From assembly GCA_031459625.1 (NCBI GenBank), contig JAVKIH010000007.1, positions 1 through 64,000 of the forward strand: 64,000 nt of DNA, read 5' to 3'. This DNA is from Candidatus Geohabitans tengchongensis. GTDB lineage: Bacteria; Sysuimicrobiota; Sysuimicrobiia; Sysuimicrobiales; Humicultoraceae. Below the pieces are notes generated by a model that saw only the letters and a list, made by a program, of their open reading frames with translations, ran no database searches and had not been told where the DNA came from. Below are positions 51,612 through 60,999 of this stretch, one piece after another (within the stretch, counting starts at the first letter, position 1; each line of letters opens with the position of its first letter). A program made the position numbers and the translations under genes.

Positions 51612-52700
51612 TCAGCGGCCCCGCGGCGTCGGCTTGGGCGTCGGGGTCGGGGTCGGCGTCGGGGTCGGGGTCGGCGTCGGGGTCGGGGTCGGCGTCGGCC
51701 GCGGGGTCGGCGCAAGCGTGGGGGTGGGTGTCGGCGCCGGGGTCGGCCTGGGCGTCGGGGTGGGCGTCGGGGTGGGTTTGGGGCTCGGTGACGGGCTCGG
51801 TGTCGGCAGCGGGGTCGGTGGTGGCGGTGGCGGCGTGGGTCCCGGCGTGGGCGTCGGGGCCGGGGTGGGCGCCGGCGTCGGCGTCGGCTGGGGGGTCGGC
51901 GTGGGACTCGGTCGTGGCGTGGGGGTCGGTGTCGGCGCCGGGGTCGGGGTGGGAGGCGGGGTGGGCGTCGGCGTGGGGGTGGGCGTCGGGGTCGGCGTGG
52001 GGGTGGGCGCGCCGGCGCCGAGCGTCACGACCGGGCGCGGCGGCGGCGTGCCCGCCACCGGGGGAACAGGGATCCCGGGCGTGGCCACCGCGCGGCGGAG
52101 GAAGACATCGCTCTGCACCGCACCCTCCAGGAGCCCGGCCCCCTGGGCCGGCGCCAGCCCGGCGGGGCGCGTCAGCCGCAGGTCCACCTGGATGCGGACG
52201 ACGTTCAGGGGGATCGTGGTGGGCGCGTTCGCGGCGTCGAAGTAGCGGAAGACCACGTCGCTGACCTGCGTCGCCAGCACCGTGGTCGTCGTCGCGACGC
52301 CGCGCTCCTCCACGCGCTCGAGCTGCTGGCGGGCGGCGTTCAGCCGAAAGGTCACCCGGTAGGCGGTGCGGGTGAGCGGGTTGTCAGCGGGGATGGCGAG
52401 GGTGACGCAGTCGGGCGCGAGGGCCGGCGCCGGACAGGCCAGGGTGGCCACGTCCACGCCGGCGGCCCACCGGGCTTCCTGGGCGATGCGCGAGAGGCCG
52501 ACGCGGGCCTGCTGCTGCACCTCCATGAAGGCCTCGTTCACACTCGCCGAGCGCAGCGACTCGCGCACCATCCCGTACAGCGACCCGACGACGATCACCA
52601 GGACGGCGATCCCCACGAGGACTTCGAGCAGGGTGACGCCGCGCGTGGCCCGCGGTGGCGGCCAGCGCCGCAGCGTGGGGATGGGACCGCGCCGGCGCAT
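51612..52700 (-). CDS. PilW-like minor pilin with a long C-terminal Pro-Thr tail
   Basis: RG|VTLLE; QQQAR...QEARWA; FRYFD; tail of about 130 aa of PT. Confidence 0.86.
   Translation of the reverse strand: MRRRGPIPTLRRWPPPRATRGVTLLEVLVGIAVLVIVVGSLYGMVRESLRSASVNEAFMEVQQQARVGLSRIAQEARWAAGVDVATLACPAPALAPDCVTLAIPADNPLTRTAYRVTFRLNAARQQLERVEERGVATTTTVLATQVSDVVFRYFDAANAPTTIPLNVVRIQVDLRLTRPAGLAPAQGAGLLEGAVQSDVFLRRAVATPGIPVPPVAGTPPPRPVVTLGAGAPTPTPTPTPTPTPTPTPPPTPTPAPTPTPTPRPSPTPTPQPTPTPAPTPAPTPTPGPTPPPPPPTPLPTPSPSPSPKPTPTPTPTPRPTPAPTPTPTLAPTPRPTPTPTPTPTPTPTPTPTPTPKPTPRGR
51620..52007 (-). repeat. Degenerate 6-nt repeat encoding (Pro-Thr)n
   Basis: GGGGTC/GGCGTC/GGCGTG units on the + strand. Confidence 0.95.
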
Positions 52701-52703
52701 GGG

Positions 52704-53339
52704 CTAGCGGTGGTACGCCCCCCGCAGGATGGCCGTCGTCATGCGCACGACGCAGATGGCCTCGTCGGGCAGGGCTGCAGGGTCGAGCTGGCAGGAGACG
52801 TGCGGTGGGGGCCGGCGCGTTGTCCCCTCGCCCGGCACGGGACGGGCGCGGAAGTAGACCTCGACCGTCACCCAGCGGACCCGGTCGTCCACCGAGGGGT
52901 CCTCGTCGCGCGCGCAGTCCGGGGCGTAGGGGGAGGCGCCCGGGAGGCTCGGCTCGACGTTCCAGGCCGGCAGGAGGAGCGCCTCCTGGCCCGCCCGCGC
53001 CGTCACCGCCGCCTCGTTCACCAGGATCCGGTAGCTGTACGCCCCGAAGGGCGCCGCGAATGGGATCGGGGGATCGCTGGGGTTGGGCGGGGTGTTGGCG
53101 ATGGCGCAGAAGGCGTTCCGCCAGCCCACGCGGGTCGTCTGGGCCTCCACCGACGTGCGCAGCTGCTCCAGTTGACGTGCCGCCAGTCCCGTCGCCACCG
53201 TCACGCTCCCGCCCTGGGCGGTGACGCTGAGGATCGTGAGGAAGGCCCGGGTGATCAGGAGGATGACGGCCGCCAGCAGCGACAGCGCCACCAGGATCTC
53301 GATGAGCGTAAATCCCCGCTGGCCTCTCATCCGGCCCAT
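52704..53339 (-). CDS. PilV-like minor pilin
   Basis: RG|FTLIE; VATGLAARQLEQ; paralog of 48234-48803 (shared PFAxPFGAYxY and WVTV). Confidence 0.86.
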   Translation of the reverse strand: MGRMRGQRGFTLIEILVALSLLAAVILLITRAFLTILSVTAQGGSVTVATGLAARQLEQLRTSVEAQTTRVGWRNAFCAIANTPPNPSDPPIPFAAPFGAYSYRILVNEAAVTARAGQEALLLPAWNVEPSLPGASPYAPDCARDEDPSVDDRVRWVTVEVYFRARPVPGEGTTRRPPPHVSCQLDPAALPDEAICVVRMTTAILRGAYHR

Positions 53340-53582
53340 CCCGGCTCCCCTCCCGAAGACCGTGCCCCGTTGGCGTGCGCTCCAGACCGTCCCCCGCGCT
53401 CCCCGAGGCGACATGCCCGGCCGGGGGAGGCCCGATCCGCACGCCGGCCGGGCTGCCGCCCGGTATGGGAAACGGCCGGTTCCGGTGGATTTTCCGGGGG
53501 TGGTCAGGCGTCTGTCCGTCCGCCGGATGGCGGCGCCCCTGGGCCCCACCAGGGCTGGGTGTGGTGACGATCCCCTCCGGCG

Positions 53583-55406
53583 TCACGGCGACCGCTGGGG
53601 CACGGGGATCTCCTGCCAGACCGGCTTGTCGTAGAGACTGTCGGGCGGGCGTCGCACCGCCGCGAAGCGCGCCGACCGCGGCAGGGCCGGGGGGGTCCGG
53701 TCCTGCAGCCGCCTGTCGTGGCGGATCACCCGGGCGTACCCCCGCCGCAGGTCCGCCAGGGGGTCGAAGGATCCCACCGGGCCAAAGGTGGCCTGCACGA
53801 TGCCGCCCAGCAAGTGGAAGGTCCCGCGGTCCTCCACCGTGTCGTGCCCGTCCACGGCGAAGCGGCCACGGGGGGCGAGCACCACCGCATCGACGTAGAG
53901 GTCGCGGGGCGCCTCGGCCCCGTCCACCAGCACGCTGCCCGTCGTGCTGTAGAGCGCCAGGAGGTTCACCGCCTCGCCCCCCCGCCCGGGCGGCTCGGCG
54001 TAGACCAGGTGGTCCACCAGACGGATGTCGCCCGAGGCGGCGATGGTCAGGACGCTGTCGCGGTGCACCGTTCCCGACAGGCCCCTGATCGCCCCTTCGA
54101 CGAAGACGACCCCGTTGGGACGGCCCCGGTAGGTGCGGCCGGCCCCGGCGCGCTCGCCCTGGCCGACCCGCACCTCTTCCGCGGCCCAGTCGATCTCCAC
54201 GCGCCAGACCGGCGACCGTCCCTCGGCCAGCCGCAGCAGGATCACCTGGCGGGGGCCCTCGGCGGCCAGCACCATGCGCTCCACGTCGCCGCGGATGTAG
54301 AGCCCGCCCGGCCGCCGCGTGTCCGGGTGACGCACCGAGACGCCGTCGTTGGCCACGAGCACCGCGCCACGCGCGCCGGCCTGGTCGGCGGTCGCGCGCT
54401 GGATGTCGGCGTCGACCGGGTCGGGCCCCTCGGGGTCGAGCCCCAGGGCCGCGCGCGCCGGCTTCGGCGGGCTGTCCGGGAAGGCCACGCGCGAGACGCC
54501 CAGGTGTGGCTGCCCGCCCCGGTACACCGGGTGGTCGCCCGCACAGCTCCCGCTCCTGGGATTGTCGGCCTGCCGCAGGCTCACCGGCGCGCCGCAGTTG
54601 CCGAAGCGGATCGTGGGCGCCGCGCTGCTCACCGGGCCCCCGAAGACCGGCGCCCCCCAGATCCACCACTCCCCGTTGGTGTGCGCGGGGCCGTCCACCA
54701 CGGTGCCGTCGGTGAGCCAGGTCTCTGAGGTGTCCAGCAGCAGGAGCGCCCACCGCGCCAGGCTGGCCCGCTCCAGTAGGAGTTCCACCGGCCGGTCGGG
54801 CGGGCTGCTCAGGCGCACGCCGCGCCGCGCCCCCCCGGCCGACCCCACGGAGAGGACCTCGTAGTGGACGAAGAACCGGTAGCGTTCCTCCGCCTCGGCG
54901 CCGGACCGGCATTCCGGCGGTGGCGCGTCACCGCCGGCGGAACGGACCCGGACCGCGGCGGTGAACGTGCCGACCTCTCGCCCGTCCCGGCCCAGCGCCG
55001 CGATGGGTCGTCCGCCGCCCAGCGCCAGCACCGCCTCACTGCGGCCGGGATCGGCCCCCCAGTCGCTGGGACCCTCGAAGTGGGCAAACTCCGCCACGAC
55101 CATGGCGCCCTGGTCGGATGCGCACCACGCCGCCAGTACGTCACCTATCGCCGTGGCCAGACGGGCGTCGAGCTGCACGGCGAGGCGGTGGCGCAGCTCC
55201 GCCAGGGCACGGTAGGCCCCGGCCTCGGCCAGGAAGAGGGCCTGGGCCCCGCGCAATTGCCCGCTGGAGAGGGCCGTCTCGCTCATCGTCGCCACCACGA
55301 GCGCGCCGACCAGCAGCGTGACGATGAGGATGACCCCCAGCACGGTGACGAAGATGACCCCGTCCTCCCGCCCCAGCGGGCCTCCCCGGCCGGAGGTCAG
55401 CCGCAT
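53583..55406 (-). CDS. Large PilX-like minor pilin/putative tip protein, paralog 3
   Basis: [56 protein letters not shown]. Confidence 0.8.
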   Translation of the reverse strand: MRLTSGRGGPLGREDGVIFVTVLGVILIVTLLVGALVVATMSETALSSGQLRGAQALFLAEAGAYRALAELRHRLAVQLDARLATAIGDVLAAWCASDQGAMVVAEFAHFEGPSDWGADPGRSEAVLALGGGRPIAALGRDGREVGTFTAAVRVRSAGGDAPPPECRSGAEAEERYRFFVHYEVLSVGSAGGARRGVRLSSPPDRPVELLLERASLARWALLLLDTSETWLTDGTVVDGPAHTNGEWWIWGAPVFGGPVSSAAPTIRFGNCGAPVSLRQADNPRSGSCAGDHPVYRGGQPHLGVSRVAFPDSPPKPARAALGLDPEGPDPVDADIQRATADQAGARGAVLVANDGVSVRHPDTRRPGGLYIRGDVERMVLAAEGPRQVILLRLAEGRSPVWRVEIDWAAEEVRVGQGERAGAGRTYRGRPNGVVFVEGAIRGLSGTVHRDSVLTIAASGDIRLVDHLVYAEPPGRGGEAVNLLALYSTTGSVLVDGAEAPRDLYVDAVVLAPRGRFAVDGHDTVEDRGTFHLLGGIVQATFGPVGSFDPLADLRRGYARVIRHDRRLQDRTPPALPRSARFAAVRRPPDSLYDKPVWQEIPVPQRSP

Positions 55407-55458
55407 GCGCAGCGCCGCACCTCGCACCGGGGCGGGACGGGTGTGCCGGGGCATGGAA

Positions 55459-56295
55459 TCAGCGCGGGTAGCCGGCGGGCGCGTGGGTGGGGGCGGGGGC
55501 GGGTCGCTCCTCCGTGGAAGCGGTCTCGTCCTCCGGCACGGCCTCGCCCGAGCCTGGCGGCCGCTCTCCCCTAGCCCGGGCGGAGGGCTGCGCTCGGTCA
55601 TCGGCGGTGAGCGCCGTCACGGGCCGAGGGGTGGGCCGCCAGGAGAGATCCCGTCCGGGTTCACCGGCGAGCGGCTCGGTCGGAACGGGCGAGGGGAGCT
55701 CCGCCACCCCGACGTTGCGGAGGAGGATGTCGGCCGGTGTGGTCCTGCGCACGCCCCTCCCGCCGGGGGAGGCCGTGGTCACCTCGACCTGCAGGCGGGC
55801 CACCTCGCGGGCGTGGGCGGGCTGCCCACCCTGCGCGGTCAGGTACCGGAAGGTGAGCTGGGCGACGCCGGAGGCGAGCACCGCCTCCTGGCCGTCCTGG
55901 CGGCGCACCACCTCCTGGCGCCGCGGGTCGTACCGGAACTCCACCCCGTAGGGGCGGCCCGGACGGATGGGATTGGCGGCGGGGATGCGCAGCGCCACCC
56001 GGTCGGGGCACAGGCCGGTTGCCCCGCACCCGGCGAGAGGCAGGATCGCTTCCGCCCACCGGACTTCCTCGCCCAGCCGCTCGGCCACGAGGCGCCCCGC
56101 CTGCTGGGCATCCAGGGCATCCTCCACCAGTCCAAAGGACTGCATGGCGGTGAGGACCAGGCCGTAGACCCCCGCCAGGGCGACGGCCACGACGGCCAGG
56201 CCGACGACGATCTCGATGAGGGTGTAGCCGGCATCGCTCCCGGAGCGCTCGGCGTCGCCTCGGTCGAGTTCGCAGCCCCGGCGCATGGCGGGCAT
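55459..56295 (-). CDS. PilW-like minor pilin with a P/T/S-rich but non-repetitive tail
   Basis: AGGAGG RBS; AG|YTLIE; QQAGR...EEVRWA; CPDRV shared with 47314-48201. Confidence 0.85.
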   Translation of the reverse strand: MPAMRRGCELDRGDAERSGSDAGYTLIEIVVGLAVVAVALAGVYGLVLTAMQSFGLVEDALDAQQAGRLVAERLGEEVRWAEAILPLAGCGATGLCPDRVALRIPAANPIRPGRPYGVEFRYDPRRQEVVRRQDGQEAVLASGVAQLTFRYLTAQGGQPAHAREVARLQVEVTTASPGGRGVRRTTPADILLRNVGVAELPSPVPTEPLAGEPGRDLSWRPTPRPVTALTADDRAQPSARARGERPPGSGEAVPEDETASTEERPAPAPTHAPAGYPR

Positions 56296-56500
56296 ATCCC
56301 CTCCTGACGCGGCCGGTCTCTGGGCGCACGCAGGAGCCCGGAGTGGCGGGGATGGGGAACCGTGGAGGGAGCGTAGCACGGGACCTTCCTTAAACCTACT
56401 ACCGGATCAGCCAGAACCCTCCTCCCCCCCGGCCCCGGTCCTGGCGGAATCCCGGTCCCGTTCCGGCGTATCCTCAGGACAACGGCCTCCGGAGCCGAGC

Positions 56501-56530
56501 GAGGGACGCGTGGAGGAGGGACGCGTGGAG
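56501..56530 (+). repeat. Perfect 15-nt tandem duplication in the divergent intergenic region
   Basis: GAGGGACGCGTGGAG x2. Confidence 0.8.
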
Positions 56531-56629
56531 ACCGGCGAGGTCGCGGAGGAGACGAGGGAGGCGCTGAGGGAGCCCTCACACGCGCTCGAACGCAGGAGCC
56601 GCGGGCGGCCCGCCGGCTCCGCGGCGCAG

Positions 56630-57787
56630 GTGGACGCGCGCCGCACAGCGGCAGAAACCTTGCTCGTCTTCGCCGCCGTCCTGGCCGTCTACCTGGCCGC
56701 TACGCCCCGGACGAACCAGGCCTACCGCCACTTCGTCTACCAGGCGGACGCCTTCCTCCACGGCCACGTCGACCTGCGCGGCCTCCCGGCGTACTACCAC
56801 GACGTCGTCCACCTGGATGGGAAGGTCTACGCCCCCTTCCCCCCGGTGCCGGCCGTCCTCCTCCTCCCTCTGGTGGCGGTGGTGGGGACGGACCTGGACC
56901 AGGGGCGGGTCGGGCAGGTATTGGCCGCGCTCGCCGTCGCCGTCTTCACGGCGGGGCTGCGCCGGCTGGGACTGCCCCGGGCGGTGCGCCTGTGCACCGC
57001 GGCGGCGCTGGCCTTCGGGAGCGTGCTGTGGCCTGCCACGGCCATCGGCACGACCTGGTTCTTCGCCCAGGTGGTCGTGGTGCTGGCGGCGGCGGCGCTG
57101 GTCTGGGAGCTGGCCGGGCCGGCTCGAGGCGCGGTGGCAGGTGCACTCCTGGCGGCAGCCTGGCTGAGCCGGGTGAGCCTGCTCCCGGCAGCGCCGGCGG
57201 TAGCCCTGTGCCTCTGGACCCGCCACCGCCGGCCTACAGCCCTGTGGGCCTTCGCCGCGGTGCAGGTCGTGGGGCTCCTCATCTATCTGGCCTTCAACCA
57301 GGCCCGTTTCGGGGACCCCCTGCAGCTCGGGTACCGCCTCCTCTCGATGGGGGCGCCCAACGCGGAGGCGGTGGCGCGGTGGGGCTTCTTCAACGTGCGC
57401 TACATCCCCCACCACCTCTACGCCATGTTCCTCCAGGGGCCGGAACTGATGGAGGGACCTCCCTTCCTCCGCCCCTCCCCATGGGGCCTCGCCTTGATCT
57501 TCACGAGCCCGCTCGCGGCGCGGCTCCTCTTCACGCCGCCACCCCCGGAGGTCTGGTGGCCGTGGGGCGCTGTCGTCCTCTCGCTCGTGCTGCCGATGCT
57601 GGCCTACTTCTCGGTGGGGTGGGTGCAGTTCGGGTACCGCTACAGTCTGGACTGGTGGGTCTTCCTGCTGGTGCCGCTGGCCTACGCGCTGCGGCCCGCG
57701 CCACGCGTGGTGGACTACCTGCTGCTCGCCGCCGGGATCGCCATGAACGCGCTCGGCGTCTACTGGGTGCAACGGCTGGGGTGGTGA
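56630..57787 (+). CDS. Polytopic membrane protein, probable GT-C-fold glycosyltransferase; start uncertain
   Basis: About 10 TMs; QADAFL-x-G, G-x-x-Y-x-PFPP-x-PA, N-x-ARFGDP, QFGYRYSLD. Confidence 0.65.
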   Translation: MDARRTAAETLLVFAAVLAVYLAATPRTNQAYRHFVYQADAFLHGHVDLRGLPAYYHDVVHLDGKVYAPFPPVPAVLLLPLVAVVGTDLDQGRVGQVLAALAVAVFTAGLRRLGLPRAVRLCTAAALAFGSVLWPATAIGTTWFFAQVVVVLAAAALVWELAGPARGAVAGALLAAAWLSRVSLLPAAPAVALCLWTRHRRPTALWAFAAVQVVGLLIYLAFNQARFGDPLQLGYRLLSMGAPNAEAVARWGFFNVRYIPHHLYAMFLQGPELMEGPPFLRPSPWGLALIFTSPLAARLLFTPPPPEVWWPWGAVVLSLVLPMLAYFSVGWVQFGYRYSLDWWVFLLVPLAYALRPAPRVVDYLLLAAGIAMNALGVYWVQRLGW

Positions 57788-59085
57788 GCGTGACCGGGAG
57801 TCCGGCCGGCCCCGGCCTCGTGGCGGACCCGCTCCCCGAGCCACCCGAGCGCCTCCCTGCGGCGTCGGCGCAGGCGCGCCGTCTGTGGGTGTGGCTGGCG
57901 GTGGCCGCGGCCCTGCGCGTGGCCATCCTGCCGCACGGGGGCTTCCCGTCGGACATCGCCTCCTTCAAGGCGTGGGCGGCCACGCTGGCCGAGCACGGGC
58001 CCCGCGGCTTCTACGGCCGGGGGTTTGCCGACTACCTGCCCGGCTACCTGTACGTGCTGTGGGGCGTGGGTGAGCTGACGGCCGCCCTCCGCCTCAACGA
58101 CGCCGCTGCGCTCGTCCTGCTGAAGCTCCCCGCCGCGCTCGCCGACCTCCTCGGTGCGGCGGTGGTGCTGCGGCTCGCCCGCCGCGTCCTGCCGGAGGCG
58201 GGCGCGGTGACCGTGGCCGTCCTCTACCTCCTCCACCCCGCGCTGCTCTTCACGACGGCCTACTGGGGACAGGCCGACAGCGTGGGCGGGCTCCTGGGGG
58301 CGGCCGCCCTGTGGCTGGCGCTCCAGGGCCATCTGCTGGCGTGGAGCGTGGCGGCGCTGGCCGTCCTGGCCAAGCCGCAGACCGCACCGCTGCTGGGCGT
58401 GATGGGGGTCCTGCTGCTGCGCCGGGCGCTGTGGCCGCCCGAGCGTCCTCCCGCATTCCGGCCGCAGCCCGGCCCCGTCGCCGCGGCCCTCCCCCTCTTC
58501 CTGGCCACGGCCGTGCTGGTCGCCGCCCCCTTCGGGGTCGGCCTGCTCGGCCTGCTCCACCTCCTGCGCAGTGCCGCCGAGGTCTACCCCTACGGGAGCG
58601 TCATGGCCTTCAACCTGTGGGGGGCCGTGCAGGGGTTCTGGCAGAGCGACCTCGCGCCGGTGGCGGGCTGGCCGCCGCTGCAATGGGGGATCGCGCTCAC
58701 CGCGGTGGCGCAGGCCGTGGTGCTGTGGGCGGTGTGGCGCCGTCCCGACGAGCGCACCGTGGTGACCGGTGCCGCCACGGCGCTCACGGCCGCCTTCCTC
58801 CTCCCCACGCGGATCCACGAGCGCTATCTTCTGCCGGCCCTCCCCTTCCTGCTGGTGGCGGGGGCGGCCGACCGGCGCGTCCGGCTCCCCGCCGGGCTCC
58901 TCAGCCTCGTCCTGACGCTGAACCTGCTCTACGCCTACACCCGTCCCTACCTGCAGACGGTGACGCTGCCGGGGTGGCTGGAGGCCACACTCTTCAGCCC
59001 GCCGGCCACCCGGGTCCTCAGCGCCCTGGCGGCAGCGACCCTGCCGCTCCTGCTGCGGGCGCTCGTCCTCCCGCCGCGCTCCTGA
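57784..59085 (+). CDS. GT-C lipid-phosphate-sugar-dependent glycosyltransferase (mannosyltransferase-like)
   Basis: SDI-x-x-F-x-x-W, DYLPGYLY, KLP-x-x-LAD, WGQADS, KPQ, HERY; many TMs. Confidence 0.75.
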   Translation: MSVTGSPAGPGLVADPLPEPPERLPAASAQARRLWVWLAVAAALRVAILPHGGFPSDIASFKAWAATLAEHGPRGFYGRGFADYLPGYLYVLWGVGELTAALRLNDAAALVLLKLPAALADLLGAAVVLRLARRVLPEAGAVTVAVLYLLHPALLFTTAYWGQADSVGGLLGAAALWLALQGHLLAWSVAALAVLAKPQTAPLLGVMGVLLLRRALWPPERPPAFRPQPGPVAAALPLFLATAVLVAAPFGVGLLGLLHLLRSAAEVYPYGSVMAFNLWGAVQGFWQSDLAPVAGWPPLQWGIALTAVAQAVVLWAVWRRPDERTVVTGAATALTAAFLLPTRIHERYLLPALPFLLVAGAADRRVRLPAGLLSLVLTLNLLYAYTRPYLQTVTLPGWLEATLFSPPATRVLSALAAATLPLLLRALVLPPRS

Positions 59086-59764
59086 GCTGCCAGTACAGGC
59101 GGAACAGGTCGTAGAAGGCCCGCAGGATCACCCGGAGCCGTCCGCCGGTCTGGCGCCCGGCCCGCCGCGGCCGGTGGGAGACCGGGACCTCGGCGAACCG
59201 CGCCCCGGCCCGTCGCGCCCGGGCCAGCAGTTCGGCCGTCATGAAGGCGCCGCGCGACTCCAGCGGCAGCGCGCGCACCAGGTCGCCGCGCAGCAGCTTG
59301 AACGCGCAGTTCACGTCCCGCACCCGCACGTCCAGCAGCGCCGCCATGAGCCGCCGCCACAGCGCGGCGAACCAGCGGCGGTGGAGCGGGTCGGCGCGGT
59401 GGACGCGGTAGCCCAGGACAAAGTCCGCGCCCTCGCCGGCGGCGGCGAGCAGCCGCGGCAGCTCCGCCGGGACGAACTGCCCGTCGGCGTCCATCAGGAG
59501 GATCCAGGTCCCGCGGGAGGCGGCGAAGCCCGTGCGCACCGCCGCACCGTACCCCTGGTTGCGAGCGTGGCGCAGCAGGTGCACCCGCGGGTCAGCGCGC
59601 CCCAGGGCCTGGGCCGCGGCCGTCGTCCCGTCGGTGGAGCCGTCGTCGACGATGAGCACCTCGTAGGACCGCCCGGTGGCCGCCAGCGCGGCGGTGAGCT
59701 CGCGCACCGTGCGCTCGAGGTTGGCCGCCTCGTTGAAGGCGGGGAGGACGGCGCTCAGATCCAC
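59018..59764 (-). CDS. GT2 polyprenyl-phosphate sugar (mannose) synthase, DPM1-like
   Basis: LPAFNE, VDDGSTDGT, N-x-GYG-x-A, MDADGQF, DVNCAFK, EVPV-x-H-x-PR. Confidence 0.9.
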   Translation of the reverse strand: MDLSAVLPAFNEAANLERTVRELTAALAATGRSYEVLIVDDGSTDGTTAAAQALGRADPRVHLLRHARNQGYGAAVRTGFAASRGTWILLMDADGQFVPAELPRLLAAAGEGADFVLGYRVHRADPLHRRWFAALWRRLMAALLDVRVRDVNCAFKLLRGDLVRALPLESRGAFMTAELLARARRAGARFAEVPVSHRPRRAGRQTGGRLRVILRAFYDLFRLYWQLRSAAGGRAPAAGAAGSLPPGR

Positions 59765-60963
59765 GTCCCGAACCACATCAGCCGCTGGAAGCGCGCCTGG
59801 GCCAGGGGCAGTGCCGACAGCAGTGGGTAGTAGGCGACGAACCACAGGGCGGCCGCAGCCAGGTAGAGGCCCACGACGGCCGGTCCGGCCCGCGCGCGCC
59901 CGCGGGCCAGGGTCAACGCCAGGGCCAGCACCATGAACGGCAGGGCGGGGAGCATGTGGTAGAGGAAGAGCGCCCGGCCGATGAAGACGTACGGGAGGTA
60001 GCTGGCCAGGAATCCGGCCAGGACGAAGGTGCCGGCCGGTGTGCGACGGCGTACCGTCTCCCACCCCAGGAGGAGGAAGGCGGGCAGCGCCGCCCACCAC
60101 ACCACCACGTTGCCGAGCGCGATGATGCCGCGCACCTGCCCGCCGCCCAGGTCCTGGTAGTCGTACCAGATCGGCCGCACCAGCAGGGGCCACGACCACC
60201 ACGCCGACTGGTACGGGTGCGTGGCGGTGAGCCCGGCGTGGAAGCGGAACATCCAGACGTGGAAGCGCGCCCACTCCCCGAGGTCGTGCCCGCGCAGGAA
60301 GTAGGGGGTCCAGGCCAGGAGGTAGACGAGGAGCGGCACAAGGCCGTAGGCCCCGGCCAGGTGGGCCCAGTGCCGCCGTGGCAGGCGCGCCCACCCCTGC
60401 CACAGCAGCAGCGCCAGGAAGAGCGGGATCACCCCGAGCGGGGCCGCCCCTGTCCACTTCGTGGCCACGCTCATCCCCGCGGCCGCCCCCGAGAGGTACA
60501 GCCACCCGACCCGGCCCGACCGCAGGTAGCGCCAGAACGCCCAGTAGGCGGCGACGAGGAAGGTGACGAGGAAGATGTCCGGCTTGGCGATGCGGCTCTC
60601 CACGAAGGCCAGACCGTCCAGGGCCAGCAGCACCGCCGCCATGGCTGCGGTGGACGCGCTGCCGGTGACCTCGCGGGCCAGGAGGAAGACGAGGAGCACG
60701 AGCAGGGTCCCGCTCACCGCGGGGGCCAGCCGCCACCCCAGCGACCGGTCGCCGGCCACCGCCATGCCGGCGGCGATGAGGAGCTTGCTCATGGGCGGGT
60801 GGGTGATCTCTTCGGTGATCTCCTGCCCGGCCAGGTACTGGCGTGCCGCCTTGGCGTAGTAGATCTCGTCGAAGATCATGGCGGGCGGCTCGGCGAGGCG
60901 GAAGGCGCGGACGCCGCCGGCGAAGAGCAAGACGGCGGCGAGCAGGACCAGGGGACGCGACAC
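59755..60963 (-). CDS. PMT/GT39-family protein O-mannosyltransferase-like
   Basis: IFDEIYY (DE motif), HPP-x-x-K, GWR, SR, KW-x-G, HPYQS-x-WWSWP, FLYH-x-LP. Confidence 0.85.
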   Translation of the reverse strand: MSRPLVLLAAVLLFAGGVRAFRLAEPPAMIFDEIYYAKAARQYLAGQEITEEITHPPMSKLLIAAGMAVAGDRSLGWRLAPAVSGTLLVLLVFLLAREVTGSASTAAMAAVLLALDGLAFVESRIAKPDIFLVTFLVAAYWAFWRYLRSGRVGWLYLSGAAAGMSVATKWTGAAPLGVIPLFLALLLWQGWARLPRRHWAHLAGAYGLVPLLVYLLAWTPYFLRGHDLGEWARFHVWMFRFHAGLTATHPYQSAWWSWPLLVRPIWYDYQDLGGGQVRGIIALGNVVVWWAALPAFLLLGWETVRRRTPAGTFVLAGFLASYLPYVFIGRALFLYHMLPALPFMVLALALTLARGRARAGPAVVGLYLAAAALWFVAYYPLLSALPLAQARFQRLMWFGTWI

Positions 60964-60999
60964 CGACTTGGGTACGGAGGTGAGCGGCTCGATTGTCCC

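Noticed and set aside
47320..52007. Repeat tracts as possible CRISPR arrays
   Set aside because: 6-nt degenerate coding repeats with no repeat-spacer structure and no cas genes
51634..52245. + strand (Gly-Val)n ORF, and similar ORFs over 47160-47785
   Set aside because: Antisense shadow of the Pro-Thr tails of the minus-strand pilins
56501..56530. 15-nt tandem duplication as a target-site duplication or phase-variation tract
   Set aside because: Only two adjacent copies with no mobile element; function unsupported
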